A stretch of 64,000 bases of DNA from Fistulifera solaris (Eukaryota): assembly GCA_030295235.1 (NCBI GenBank), contig AP026153.1, positions 310,001-374,000 on the forward strand. Direction: 5' to 3'. The translations under genes and the position numbers were made by a program. Positions 23,353 through 37,584 of this stretch are shown piece by piece. The notes beneath the pieces are model-generated. The model searched no databases, had not been told where the DNA came from, and saw nothing but the letters and a program-made list of their open reading frames with translations. The stretch's first letter is position 1; each line of letters begins with the position of its first letter.

Positions 23353-26300
23353 ATGAAAATCATCCACAGTGCGCTAGTTGCCGCTGCTTTCTTTGCCTCC
23401 GATGTAGATGCGCAGGTAAGTGGTGGCGTAATTGGAATAATGAAGAGGCCGCGCTCACTTTGAAAGTGTCATCTGATCACACTTGTTTCCACTCATTAGG
23501 CATCGACCAAGCGAACCTTGGGACAGTCTTGTCAAGTTACCTACAGCTCCACTGCAAACAAGTACATGCCCGAGAAGGGTTATGAATGCGACTCCGGCCT
23601 CGTTTGTTCCGAGCTCAACGATAACGGTCTAGACGGGGTTGCATTTATCGGTGTTTGCAACAAAGAATCGTGCGACGGAACTGCGGATCCTTCAAAAGAC
23701 CAACCTATCAGCTCTCATCGTGTCACTATCTGCCATCGCACTTGCTCCGAAACGAACCCGTGGGTGCGCATTACCATCGATGATGACGCCTGGGGCGGCG
23801 CCGAAGCATCCGGATGCGGTCACCAGCGAGAGCACAACGTCACTGAAGATTGCAAAAGGACGATTACTCTGCCTGGGGACCCAACCGTGTCGACTACCTA
23901 ATCAAAGATCACGGAACCCGCTCAGATGTTCGCATCAGAAACTCATTCACCACTGCTCAAGAAAAAGCATACTGGTTCTACTGGGAACGTGCATGCCCGT
24001 ACGTGCGTGCCAAAAAGCTCGGCAACCCATGCTGTGACTGGGCAAAGGCGAGTGCTGCGGCCCTCATCCCGACGACAAGTGTCCCATGGACCCCGACAAG
24101 ACAGCGCCAGGCCAATGCGGGTGTGGTGTGGCTGATAAAGATTCGGATGACGATGGCGTCGCTGATTGCCTTGACACGTGCCCCATGAACTCGGCTGTCA
24201 AGACGGAAGCCGATCTGAACGGTTGTACGTGTGGGGATACTGCCGCTACCATCGCAGCAGGTTGCGGTGCACCGGAAATAATCGAAGTTCCCCCATGCCC
24301 CGTGTGTGGATGCGGTAGCCAAGACATTGATTCAGATGGAGACGGAACGCTAGACTGCTTCGATGTCTGCCCGAATGATGCTTCCAAGACCACGTCTGCG
24401 GGACACTGTGGCTGCAGTGTCTCTGAAGTGGACTCGGACGGTGACGGAACGCCTGACTGCAAGGACTTGTGCCCCCAAGACGAAGACAAGCTCAGCCCGG
24501 GCACGTGCGGATGCGGAGTTTCAGACAAAGACTCGGATACGGACGGAACTCCGGATTGCAACGACCAATGTCCGATGGATAACCTCAAGCTCGAGCCTGG
24601 TATTTGCGGTTGCGGAATTTCAGACTGCGATACCGATGGTGATGGCGTGCCCGACTGCATGGATGGATGCTCTCGCGATGCCACCAAAACCGAAGAGGGC
24701 GTGTGTGGTTGTGGAGTGAGTGATGTCGATACGGACGGCGATGGAACGCCCGACTGTAATGATGCTTGCCAAGACGACCCCTCGAAGACCGAGCCCGGTT
24801 TTTGCGGTTGCGGCAAAGCGGATTCGGATAACGATGGAACGTGCGATGCCAACGACCAGTGCCCCATGGATCCCAACAAGAACGAAGTGGGACAGTGCGG
24901 TTGTGGCGTGGGTGAGACCGATTCCGATCTCGACGGAACGCCTGATTGCAAGGATGGATGCTCCCTCGATAGCAACAAGATCACTCCAGGAACTTGTGGC
25001 TGCGGTACGCCTGAAACGGATTCGGACAATGATGGTACGCCCGATTGCATCGATGGCTGCTCGACCGACTCTACCAAGATTGCTCCTGGCATTTGCGGAT
25101 GCGGAACGCCTGATGTTGACTCGGATGGAGATGGCACGCCTGACTGTGTAGACGAGTGCCCTCAGGATGGTAGCAAGATCTTGGCTGGAACATGTGGCTG
25201 TGGAGTTTCGGAGAAAGATTCGGACGGAGACGGAACCAAGGACTGCCAGGACGGTTGTTCGACCGACCCGGAGAAGATCATTCCAGGAAAATGCGGATGC
25301 GGAACGCCTGATACGGATACGGACGGCGACGGTGTCCCCGATTGTATGGATTCATGCAGCACCGACCCCAACAAGACAAATCCTGGTGCGTGTGGATGTG
25401 GAGCGTCGGACATTGATTCGGATGCCGATGGAACACCTGATTGCAAGGACGAATGCCCCAACGATACTGGCAAGACTTCCCCAGGACAGTGTGGCTGTGG
25501 TCTGAGCGACACGGACTCTGACAATGATGGAACCGCTGACTGCAACGACGAGTGCCCGATGGACCCCGCCAAGATCATTCCTGGCGAGTGCGGATGCGGA
25601 GTGGTGGATGCGGACGCTGACGCTGACGGAACATGTGATCACGAAGACAAATGTCCCTCGGATCCCAACAAGACAGAAGGAGGCGTTTGTGGTTGCAATG
25701 TTGCTGACACGGATTCGGACGGAGACATGACCCCAGACTGTAACGACGAATGCTCGGAAGACCCTTCAAAGACAGCTCCTGGCGCGTGTGGTTGTGGAAC
25801 ACCGGATACAGATAGCGATGGCGACGGTGTTGCTGATTGCAATGATGGCTGCTCGGAAGACGCTGACAAGACGGAACCAGGAACGTGCGGTTGCGGTTCG
25901 CCTGATGTGGATAGTGACGGCGATGGAGTACTTGACTGTAACGATGGATGCTCGGCTGACCCTGAAAAGACAGAACCAGGAACGTGTGGCTGTGGCGTTC
26001 CGGAGACGGATTCTGACAACGATGGCGTCCCAGACTGCACTGACTTGTGCCCCAACGACATTTACAAGACCGATCCCGGCTCGTGCGGATGCAACAAGCA
26101 GGATACTGATGCCGACAGCGATGGAACACCTGACTGCAATGATCTATGCCCTTTGAACCCCGCGATGACGACCGATGTCGACTCGGACGGCGATGGTACG
26201 CTTGACTGCAATGATGGATGCTCCGCAGATCCGGAGAAGATCGCCCCCGGTGAATGCGGCTGCGGTTTCCCTGATGTCGATTCCAATGACGATGGTGTGA

Positions 26301-27724
26301 TGGACTGCAATGAAGTGCGTGAAGATATCACATTGACCAGCTCGAACCTCATCGGAACGACCGAAACATACAAGGAGTGCTACAAGATGTATAACGCCGG
26401 AAACAGCGACCCCAACTTTTCAGGATATGTCGAAGCTGCCACCGCTTATTGCCTCGCCGACTGCGTCGCTGGCGCATACTGCATCAAGGTTCAGGCAGCC
26501 TCTGGCATTCAACTCGCAGACAAGGAAGCCTGGTTCAAGGACTACAGTGTTGGCACGTCTAGTCTGCAGCCGCTTGCACCCGGAATCAAGCTCACCTACG
26601 ACACTAGCGGCCAAGTCATCATGTGGGAAGGATGCTTCAAGATTCCGGAAGGAGCCACAGGAGAGAACATCGAGATTCACGCCAACTGGGGATACTCGGG
26701 AAGCACCGGCCTCGGAAACACTGCTTCGACCGGAAAGCTTGACGGCGTCGCAATGGACTATCCCGAATGCCTCTCCTCTGAAACCACTCCTTTGACGACT
26801 CCTGTCGACGCACCCGCCGACGTTCCAGTTGAAACACCTGTTGATGCACCTGTCGATACACCCGTCGAGTCGCCCGTTGAACTCGAATCTTCCCCGTGTC
26901 CTCGCCCACAGGTGCTGATGTTGACAACGACCCCACCGTCGGCCTTCCCACCGCAAACCAAGTTGGTGATGGCGAGTCAGGCGGTGGATTCGGTGATCCT
27001 CACTTGAAGACCTGGATGGGAGAGGTGTACGACTTCCACGGAGCCTGCGACCTAGTTCTTGTCAAGACCGCGACTTTCAACAATGGAGCTGGCCTTGACC
27101 TTCACATCCGTACCAAGATCCGTGACGACTGGTCTTTCATTTCTGATGCAGCTGTTCGCATTGGTGACGATGTTTTGGAAGTCGGAACTCGCGCTTACTA
27201 CTACTTGAATGGAGTTGCCGGTGCCGAAATGCCCGCCACAGTTGGTGGATTCCCCGTCTCTCTCACTCACTTTGGAACCAAGCGCCACAAGTTCGAGATC
27301 GACCTCGGTCACATGGGTGTCATTTCGATCAAGGTGTTCAACGAATTCCTCGCTGTCGAAGTCAACAACGCTCACAGCGACGGATTCGGTGACAGTGTCG
27401 GTCTTATGGGCACTTTTACTGACGGTAGCCTGGTTGGACGCAGCGGCTTGGTTCACGCAGATAACAACGAGTTTGGTTTGAACTGGCAGGTGCATGATGC
27501 CGATGGTCTTTTTGTTCCAAGAGGCCGAAGGACCTCAGTATCCTCAACTCTGCCAGATGCCTGCTCCCATGGCATTGAAGAACCGTCGCATGTCGGAATC
27601 TCTTGTCAGCTTTGAAGATGCCGCTATTGCTTGCGCTGACTGGTCGGAGGAGACTCGCGAATCTTGCATTTACGATGTCATGTCGACCGGTGATCTGGAC
27701 ATGGCTGAAGCGGGTGCCTTTTAA
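23353..27724 (+). CDS. Secreted Cys/Asp-repeat (TSP type-3-like) + GDPH-VWD protein, paralogue 1; four apparent homopolymer frameshifts
   Basis: Signal-peptide exon 23353-23415 (MKIIHSALVAAAFFASDVDAQ), intron 23416-23499, then KRTL. About 21 DxDxDGxPDCxDxCxxDxxKxxPGxCGCG repeats, a Pro/Thr linker and GGFGDPHLKTW...DFHGACDLVL. Frame breaks near 23855, 24045, 26893 and 27510 relative to paralogues 3 and 4. Confidence 0.88.
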
Positions 27725-28971
27725 GAATCAGGTCAATGCGTGTGGGCGAATCGTAGATCACATAGGAAAAGATAAATGATGATATAGTCCACTAATAGAA
27801 TGAGTAGGACATTCCTTTCGAATTCAATGCAATAGTTCTCTTGACTTTTCTCTTGCCTTGGTTATAAGGTCTCATAGAAACGTCACAATGTCGATCTTTT
27901 GCAAAGCAGAGACATGCACCAAGCTACATCTTCGTTTCTGTTGCTCAGGATTGGGATTTGATTATCTGTTACACGTTTCGCTGGCTTCAGCTTTTCATTG
28001 ACATGCGTTGATTTTGCGCGACGACAGATGTCGATCGATTCGTATTCGGATGACGGGAGACGCTGGGTTTTCAGAGTAAAAATCTTCTTGTTTCGCGCAG
28101 CCCTGACTTGTCCAGCCGGTTCCTAAGAAAAGAAAACTTGCAAGCAAAACAGCGATCTCTCAGAGACAATCTGGAGTGTGCGAAAATGTTTGTTATTTCC
28201 GCAAATCGGCCATTATCCAACCTCTCTCTGAAACCTCCGTCTTCATGGCTTGATGATTTATATAGTTCTCTTGTGCTACTGAACAACGTTGAGTCGCGTG
28301 TCGAGTTTGATACTTCAAATATAGTGAATGGAAGAGAGAGCCTCGAAGAGTGATTGTCATTGCTTGATTTCTTTATTTGTAAAAGCACGGGGCAGTGCTT
28401 TCTGCCCATAAAAATCCTAGGTGATGAAAAGTACAACCTTTTCAAAAAAGACTTCGAGTCAAATGAAAGGCAACAGTGAAGCACGCTGTCGGAACAAAGC
28501 AAAGGTACTGGACCGACGTCTTCGAAACTGAAAGGCGCGAAAGCATCGTCGCGTCGAAAAATGCGGCTGTTTCCTCTTATACCCCCACCAAAATAATGCC
28601 ATCCTCTCCTGGAGGATCCTGGAGGAAGTGCCTAATGCTTGCGGAGATTCGTTTGGCAGCAAACAGCAAGAATAATCGCTTCTTTTGACTTCCATGGTCA
28701 AAAATGAAGTGCGATGTCGTCGCGGCTCTTGCTGCCGCGCTTGAAACAAGCCAATAATGCCATCATACAGTAGGGATGAGGATCGATAGTGTCTGTCCTC
28801 GTTCCGTTGCTAGCGTCAATTTTCATTCCTCTAGACAATCTATACTGTAGTAGATATGGTCAATTCAAACTCTATTATCCATGACTAACGATAGCTTTGG
28901 ATGCTAGTGGGAATAAAAATCAAAAGAATAAATGGATTTTCCGCACAATGAGGAATGAACATTTTCTGTAT

Positions 28972-28992
28972 CATGACTGAAATGCAGTCGTG
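28972..28992 (+). repeat. Dispersed intergenic hairpin motif CATGACTG-AAATG-CAGTCGTG (other copies at 59-79, 29191-29211, 54178-54198, and 51373-51393 on minus)
   Basis: Five copies, with an 8-bp stem (one G-U) and a 5-nt loop. Some pairs share longer flanking similarity. Confidence 0.8.
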
Positions 28993-30608
28993 GCGAAAAA
29001 GTCGTCTACACGAAGGGCTTATAGTGAATTAGGAAAATAACGATTTTACAATTTACAACGACTTGCGACAAGAAATAAGAGATGGAGTGCAAAGCTGTTG
29101 ACGGTGATCCACTTGCAATATAAACTACTTTTAGGAATCAAACCATAAATGCAGCTTGAATAGCACACACTTCTTCGGAAAATCATGATTCATGACTGAA
29201 ATGCAGTCGTGGCGAAAACTTCGGGTCTATGATTAATTCGGACGGAAACAAGCAAGCGGTGGTTTGCACAATTTGCTTGTCTTAAAAAAAGAAATGCATA
29301 GCCTAAGTTAATAGAGCTACTAGTAAGAGAAAGTGGTGAAGGTAATGTACATGGACTCATTTTAATGAAAAATTCTGTCTTTAGTTTATAGTTTTGATTG
29401 AATACTTATAATATAGGTCTGAAAGCGGTCGTGATTCAAGTCGCCGACATTGGGTTGAAAAGTTGTTAAGGTATCCTTATCCGAATAAAGGCCAAATTAC
29501 CTTAACATACTTTGTAGAGCTATGGCAACTTTTGCACTCGGATATCAACGAGTAAACCTTTCTTTGAAAACGATTGTTAAACATAGCAGTGACTCCTCTT
29601 AGAAACCTCAGTCGTTTCGTAGGGTAAGGGAATTTCCGGGCATTAAGATGTGCATTTAGTATTACTCTTGCTCGCATTCTTTGATGGCTAATGTCCTGAA
29701 TCGAGGCCTTTTCACTTGATGGGTAGTCAGCTTGACCTTACCCTGGAGATTTATTTCTCTGCTGCTATCATTTTGTTACACAGGCTGGTAGGATGATGTC
29801 GATGCTGATTTAGAGCTGCCTTCGTTTGGCATGAGAGCTCCCTAGCTCTAGGTGGGACTTGTCCCCCATTCCTTTGCGTTTTGGGGCGTTTACTTTTTAC
29901 TTTATTTCCACATTGAAGTCTGATGCCCTGATGTCAGATAGAAAAAAGTACTTGTTGCTGACGACTCATAACTCATAAATAACACACATGGTACCCAAAA
30001 CGCCAGACAAGATTCCCAAAGAATTTTTAGCCCCTTTGACTATAGCACCGAAAGTAGATTACGTATTATAGAGTTGACTGGCGAACTGGTAGAAAATTGT
30101 AAGAGCATTCAGAAGCCTTGCAAATATTGCCCTTGAAAAATACATAAGCCCTTTCGAATAAAGCGGAGATATGGATTTTCATGACTAAATCCACTCGCCT
30201 TAACGTAGTTCGAGATCCGTTTATTGGTCACGGTTCCAGATTTATGGGACGATTCGTACTGGACAGCAGTCATGCGATGCCTCCGAGTCCCCAATAAACT
30301 CCAAGAATGCGAAGCACTATAGAGCTGTAAAGATAAATAATGGAAGATCACGACCAGAAAGAAGGACCAAGGGCATGTCATTATCCCCCAAAGAGTTAAC
30401 GCGAGTCACGAGATAGTACACAACGGCTTGACACATGGCACCAAAAGTCATAAAGTTGGGGGGGAGTTTTATGTTTTATTCGGATTTTGCGCCGTGCTTC
30501 TCCAAAACCGTTTCAGCCATCGATCGTATCTATTCACAACTTTGTGTGAAAAGCAAAACGTTGTCTTCCCCCTCTTGCTGAACAAGAAACCAAGTTTGAA
30601 AGTAAAAG

Positions 30609-33600
30609 ATGAAAGTCTTCAACAGTTTCCTCGCTGTGGTTGCGCTCCTCAGCTGCGCCGCTGATGCTGAAGTAAGTGTTCGAAAAATGGCAATATCGTT
30701 TGTGTCATAACATGTGCTATGCATCTTATCTTGGGAGGTTCATTCGTTTCATTTACACCATTTGACCGCACTAATGTCGTCTTCTTTGCTACCACTCACT
30801 AGTCTGTGGAACGCAACCTCGGAAAAACGATACCCAAGATGATACGCGGACAAGCATGCAAAGTTCGTTACAACACAAACGCCGACAAGTACATGCCCGA
30901 GAAGGATTTCGAATGCGACACTGGACTTGTTTGCGCTGAGCTTAACGATAGTGGTGTAGATGGTGTGGTTTTTACAGGAGTCTGCAGCCCAGAATCGTGC
31001 GACGGAACTGCGGATCCTTCAAAAGACCAACCTATCAGCTCTCATCGTGTCACTATCTGCCATCGCACTTGCTCCGAAACGAACCCGTGGGTGCGCATTA
31101 CCATCGATGATGACGCCTGGGGCGGCGCCGAAGCATCCGGATGTGGTCATCAGCGCGAGCACAACGTCACTGAAGATTGCAAAAGGACGATTACTCTGCC
31201 TGGGGTCCCAACCGTGTCGACTACCTAATCAAAGACCACGGAACCCGCTCGGATGTTCGCATCAGAAACTCCTTTACCCCCGCTGAAGAGAAAGCGTACT
31301 GGTTCCACTGGGAACGCGCTTGTCCTTACGTCCGAGCCAAAAAGCTGAACAAACCGTGCTGCGACTGGGAAAAAGGCGAATGCTGCGGCCCTCACCCTGA
31401 CGACAAGTGCCCGATGGATCCCGACAAGACAGCGCCAGGCCAATGCGGTTGCGGTGTCCCTGATACCGATACCGACCAAGATGGTGTCGCTGATTGCCTT
31501 GACCCGTGCCCTACTAATGCCGCTGTCAAGACTGAGGCAGACCTGAACGGTTGTACGTGTGGGGATACTGCCGCTACTATTGCCGCAGGTTGCGGTGCAC
31601 CGGAAATCGTCGAGGTTCCCCCATGCCCTGTGTGTGGATGTGGAAGCCAAGACATTGACTCTGATGGAGACGGAACGCTAGACTGCTTCGATGTCTGCCC
31701 GAATGATGCTTCCAAGACCACGTCTGCAGGACATTGCGGCTGCGGTGTATCTGAAGTGGACTCGGACGGTGACGGAACGCCTGACTGCAAGGACTTGTGC
31801 CCCCAAGACAAAGACAAGCTCAGCCCAGGAACGTGCGGATGTGGCGTTTCCGACAAAGACTCGGATGCGGACGGAACTCCCGATTGCAACGACAAGTGTC
31901 CGATGGATAACCTCAAGCTCGAGCCTGGTATTTGCGGTTGCGGAATTTCTGACTGCGATACCGATGGCGATGGCGTGCCCGACTGCATGGATGGATGCTC
32001 TCGCGATGCCACCAAGACCGAAGAAGGCGTGTGTGGTTGTGGAGTGAGTGATGTCGATACTGACGGCGATGGAACGCCCGACTGTAATGATGCTTGCCAA
32101 GACGACCCCTCGAAGACCGAGCCCGGCCTCTGTGGTTGTGGCAAAGCGGATTCCGATAACGACGGAACATGCGATGCCAACGACCAGTGTCCCATGGATC
32201 CCAACAAGAATCAAATGGGATTGTGCGGTTGTGGCGTGGGTGAGACCGATTCGGATCTCGATGGAACGCCTGATTGTGTGGATGGATGCTCTCTCGACAG
32301 CACCAAGGTCACTCCAGGAATTTGTGGCTGCGGTATGCCTGACACGGACTCGGACAATGATGGTACACCGGATTGCAACGATGGCTGCTCGACCGACTCC
32401 ACCAAGATTGCTCCTGGCGTTTGTGGATGTGGAACGCCTGATGTTGACTCAGACGGAGACGGCACGCCTGACTGTTTGGACGAGTGCCCTCAGGATGGTA
32501 GCAAGATCTTGGCTGGAACATGCGGCTGTGGAGTTTCGGAGAAAGATTCGGACGGAGACGGAACCAAGGATTGCCAGGACGGTTGTTCGACCGACCCGGA
32601 GAAGATCATTCCAGGAAAATGCGGATGCGGAACGCCTGATACGGATACGGACGGCGATGGTGTCCCCGATTGCATGGATTCGTGCAGCACCGACCCGAAC
32701 AAGACAAATCCTGGTGCGTGTGGATGTGGAGCGTCGGACATTGATTCGGATGCCGATGGAACACCTGATTGCAGGGACGAATGCCCCAACGATATGGGCA
32801 AGACTTCCCCAGGACAGTGTGGTTGTGGTCTGAGCGAAACGGACACTGACAACGATGGTACCGCTGATTGCAACGACCAGTGCCCGATGGACCCCGCCAA
32901 GATCCTTCCGGGCGAATGTGGATGCGGAGTTGTTGATGCCGATGCCGACGCTGACGGAACATGCGATCACGAAGACAAATGTCCCTCGGATCCCAACAAG
33001 ACAGAAGGAGGCGTTTGTGGTTGCAATGTTGCTGACACGGATTCGGACGGAGACATGACCCCAGACTGTAACGACGAATGCTCGGAAGACCCTTCAAAGA
33101 CAGCTCCTGGCGCGTGTGGTTGTGGAACACCGGATACAGATAGCGATGGCGACGGTGTTGCTGATTGCAATGATGGCTGCTCGGAAGACGCTGACAAGAC
33201 GGAACCAGGAACGTGCGGTTGCGGTTCGCCTGATGTGGATAGTGACGGCGATGGAGTACTTGACTGTAACGATGGATGCTCGGCTGACCCTGAAAAGACA
33301 GAACCAGGAACGTGTGGCTGTGGAACGCCTGAGACGGATTCTGACAACGATGGCGTCCCAGACTGTAAAGATTTGTGCCCCAACGACATTTACAAGACCG
33401 AGCCTGGCTCTTGCGGATGCAACAAGCAGGACACGGATGCAGACAACGATGGAACACCTGACTGTAATGATCTTTGTCCTTTAGACCCCACCATGACGAC
33501 CGATGTTGACACAGACGGCGATGGAACGCTTGACTGCAACGACGGATGTTCTGAAGATCCGGAGAAGATTGCTCCTGGTGAATGCGGCTGCGGCTTTCCG

Positions 33601-35024
33601 GATGAAGATTCCGATGGGGACGGCGTGATGGACTGTAATGAAGTTCGTGAAGACATCACATTGACCAGCTCGAACCTCATCGGAACGACCGAAACATACA
33701 AGGAGTGCTACAAGATGTACAACGCCGGAAACAGCGACCCCAACTTTTCAGGATATGTCGAAGCTGCCACCGCTTATTGCCTCGCCGACTGCGTCGCTGG
33801 CGCATACTGCATCAAGGTCCAGGCAGCTTCTGGCATTCAACTCGCAGACAAGGAAGCCTGGTTCAAGGACTACAGTGTTGGCACGTCTAGTCTGCAGCCG
33901 CTTGCACCCGGAATCAAGCTCACCTACGAACAAGGCAAGGTAATTGCCTGGGAAGGATGCTTCGAAATTCCGGAAGGAGCTACAGGAGAGAACATCGAGA
34001 TTCACGCCAACTGGGGATACACCGGAAGCAAAAAACTTGGTAACACTGCATCCACAGGCAAACCGAATGGAGTCGTAATGGACTACCCCGAATGTCTTTC
34101 TACTGAAACCACTCCTTTGACGACTCCTGTCGACGCACCTGCCGACGTTCCAGTTGAAGCACCCGTCGAGTCGCCTGTGGAACTCGAATCTTCCCCGTGT
34201 CCTCGCCCACCGGCGCTGATGTTGACAACGACCCCACTGTTGGCCTACCCACCGCGAACCAAGTTGGAGACGGTGAATCGGGCGGTGGATTCGGTGATCC
34301 TCACTTGAAGACCTGGATGGGAGAGGTTTACGACTTCCACGGAGCTTGCGACCTTGTACTTGTCAAGACCTCGACTTTCAACAACGGAGCTGGCCTTGAC
34401 CTCCACATCCGTACCAAGATCCGTGACGACTGGTCTTTCATTTCCGATGCCGCTGTTCGTATCGGTGACGATGTTTTGGAAGTTGGAACCCGTGCCTTTT
34501 ACTACTTGAACGGAGTTGCTGGTGCCGAAATGCCCGCTACGGTTGGTGGATTCCCTGTCTCTCTCACTCACTTCGGCACTCGCCGTCACAAGTTCGAGAT
34601 CGACCTCGGTCACATGGGTGTCATTTCGATCAAGGTGTTCAACGAGTTCTTGGCTGTCGAAGTCAACAACGCCCACAGCGACGGATTTGGTGACAGTGTT
34701 GGTCTCATGGGTGCTTTCACAGACGGCAGTCTCATCGGTCGCAACGGCCTGGTTCACGCCGACCACAACGAGTTCGGTTTGAGCTGGCAGGTTCACGATA
34801 CGGATGTCACCTTGTTCCAGAAGGTCGAAGGTCCCCAGTATCCTCAGCTTTGTCAGATGCCTGCACCAAAAGCTTTGAAGAGCCGCCGCATGTCGGAAGC
34901 GCTTGTCAGCTTTGAAGATGCCGCCAAGGCCTGCGCTGACTGGTCGGAGGAAACTCGCGAATCTTGCATTTACGATGTCATGTCGACTGGCGACTTGGAT
35001 ATGGCTGAAGCTGGTGCCTTTTAA
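30609..35024 (+). CDS. Secreted Cys/Asp-repeat + GDPH-VWD protein, paralogue 2; two apparent homopolymer frameshifts
   Basis: Signal exon 30609-30671, intron 30672-30802, then SVERNLG. Same architecture as paralogue 1. Frame breaks near 31183 and 34194. Confidence 0.9.
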
Positions 35025-36666
35025 ACGAGCGAGCGAGCAAGCTCAAATGTTTTGGGGTTTTTTAGTTCTGCGATGTAAAGGATAAAATTGCATCTTTTGC
35101 CCAAATATTTGCCGATTTCTTTGATCCGTTGATTTGTTTCTGAGTTTATGCATTCACGTAGTAAAGAAGTTTGTTTTGTGTCGTTTGGGCTCGCGAAGAT
35201 CTCAGCCGAAGAAGGAAAACAAACATGATGATATAGCTCACCGATAGTAGTGCACAAGGATTGACCGGTAGCTTGATACATCGATCAAGATCAGGTTCAT
35301 TATTGATATTTGTATAGAAGGTCTGCTTGACACCAAGTGCATGGACAAGAACATGTATTTCAGAAGGACATAATAAAGCCCGCCTCTCAGTGCAGCTTTT
35401 CGATTCTTCATCGCCCGCATTTGAAGACTCACATAACTTTTTGCCGTTTCAATTGAAAAGCACTAATGGGGAAGACCGACCCCTGATCCGTGCGTACTTC
35501 GACCAAAATAGCTGCTGAGACAAAACGCATACTGTCATGCAACATCAAGGGCGTGAAGAGTCGTTCATAAGCCTTGATCTGCATAGGTTCATCAGGTACC
35601 TCAATTCAGACCAGCCAGCTTCTTTCTTATTTCTTCCTTTGAATAGTACTGTAATGGAACGACCTTCTTCGTCGCGATGAAGAGACTGTACCGAGGAGGA
35701 GTCGTCGTCTTCGTGGATAACGGATGGCAAATTGCGCTGAGGATGAGTCGTCTTTGCTTTCGTCGCATCTCTAGAGGGAAAAGTTCACGTGAAATGCAGT
35801 TTTTATGTATGCAAAAACGTTTTGACTACTACCATCATTCATCATCTTGAATTGAATATTGAACGAAGAGGAAAGACAAACCGCAATGCTGTCACTGGCA
35901 ACTGGCAACGAATGAATGAAGGAGGCATGGCTGCGCGCTGAACACTCGATCATTTTGAGGACCAGTAAGGTTGCGGTTAGGCCTTTTTCGTTTCCACAAC
36001 TACTGTATACAGCATAGAGTCAGGTGATTCTATAGTTCTTTAATGTACGTAGTACCAGTATCCCTAATTATGACGACTAACTCATGACTCATCGCCGCCT
36101 TCATATGTGAAGGAGGAGTCATGCTTATTGTAAGTGGATAACATTATTTCGTTTCTCGCATCAGCAATGGTCGGAATTTTTGATCACCAAGATATTAAGA
36201 CCTATAGTTTTTTAATCGTTGCAGCTGCAAAGATGATTGGTGTTGATTGACTGAGTGCCATCGACCCGCTCTTTCATCTTTATGTCCAATTTGTAAATAC
36301 GTCGAATAAATTTCCCTAGGGGCCTACGATCTACGTAGACATTTGCAACATTGCATATTTTCTATGCTCAATGCTCTAATAAAATCGATTTTGTAAATGG
36401 TCTCTATGAAGGTATGTTGAGAAATATTACGATGAAATTTGTCGCTGTCGGACCCGCGTAAAGTTGATGAGGTCGAATGAATTCGATAAGTTTGCATCGA
36501 TAAAATTCCTACTGGACCTACGTGATATTCACGTAGACGTTGGAAGCGTCGTATCTTCTCTCTTTTTCACATTTCGAAATGATTTGCTTGCTGTTCAATC
36601 AATCTGAATAGCATAAGCCACTCTTTTTCCTTACCAGGTAGCGGTTGACGACTCATGACTCGGGAC

Positions 36667-36747
36667 GGAAACGACGTTAAAATTCTGCCTCGCCGTAGGC
36701 ATTACGTTGAAACTTGTACTGAGAGGCAGAATTTTAACGTCCTTTCC
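36667..36747. mobile_element. 81-bp MITE-like inverted-repeat element
   Basis: 25-bp arms GGAAACGACGTTAAAATTCTGCCTC / GAGGCAGAATTTTAACGTCCTTTCC with one mismatch and a 31-nt spacer. Flanked by the direct repeat GGGAC (36662-36666 and 36748-36752). Confidence 0.55.
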
Positions 36748-37148
36748 GGGACTTTTACAAACCACCTTTTCATCTTCTACAGACTACAGACTACAGACTC
36801 TCTACACTCTACACTCTCTCTAGAGAGATTAGTCTCTAGCCGAAGAACGAAAGAACACTTCGCACTGCAGAATGCAGAATGCATAGTACTTAAAAAAAAT
36901 ATAGTGTAGAGCGAAATTTCTCCGGAAGAAGTCATTATTTTTTCTTTTTGACTGTATAATGGATAACGGAAACTTCTCCATACAGTACCTCCTTCGGATT
37001 TACCGTCAGGCCAACGTCAGTGTTCTCTATTGAATATTGAATATCTAATAACAATATACATTATTAATAATCCGAAATCCGAAGTCTTAAGTCATTCGCT
37101 CATTTTTTGTCGTGCATTTTCTCATGCTTAAAACTATACGACATACGA

Positions 37149-37183
37149 CTCATCGCTCATCGCTCATCGCTCATCGCTCGTCG
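37149..37183. repeat. (CTCATCG)n short tandem repeat, 4 perfect units plus 1 variant
   Basis: Read directly from the sequence. Confidence 0.85.
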
Positions 37184-37584
37184 CTCTACTATCGACTTGG
37201 GACTTGGGATTAAAAAGTTCGCCGTATGCCTCGCATTTCCCAGTGAAATCGAAAAGACGTAAATTTTCATGATGCTGATTGCGGCAATGAGAAATCACGA
37301 TCAAAATCCGGATCCATCGAATTCCGACTATCGTATGAATTATGAAATTCTTTCTGGATTGGGCCTTCGTCGGGCACAAAAGTCATAGGTAGTCTGGGGA
37401 ATCGATATTCTTACAGTAAGTTTTATTTCGTACGATAAGAATGTTCCTTGTCTTTAGTCTGTAAAAAGTCATTTTAGACTAGATAAAACAAGCCGATTGT
37501 CCCGCCCACAACTTTGAAATCCATCAAACGTTGTCTTCATCTTCGTTTTCCTTTAAAAAGAAAGAAAAAAAGCTAAAATAAAGA

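Noticed and set aside
23850..23862. Programmed -1 ribosomal frameshift at the break shared by paralogues 1 and 2
   Set aside because: No canonical X-XXY-YYZ slippery heptamer, paralogues 3 and 4 are in frame, and similar homopolymer indels occur across the window.
28071..28749. Minus-strand ORFs between paralogues 1 and 2
   Set aside because: No recognisable motifs and no convincing splice model. Could be a degenerate gene but unsupported.
35545..35953. Possible small spliced minus-strand gene
   Set aside because: An acceptor-like site exists, but I could not build a consistent frame or recognise a product.
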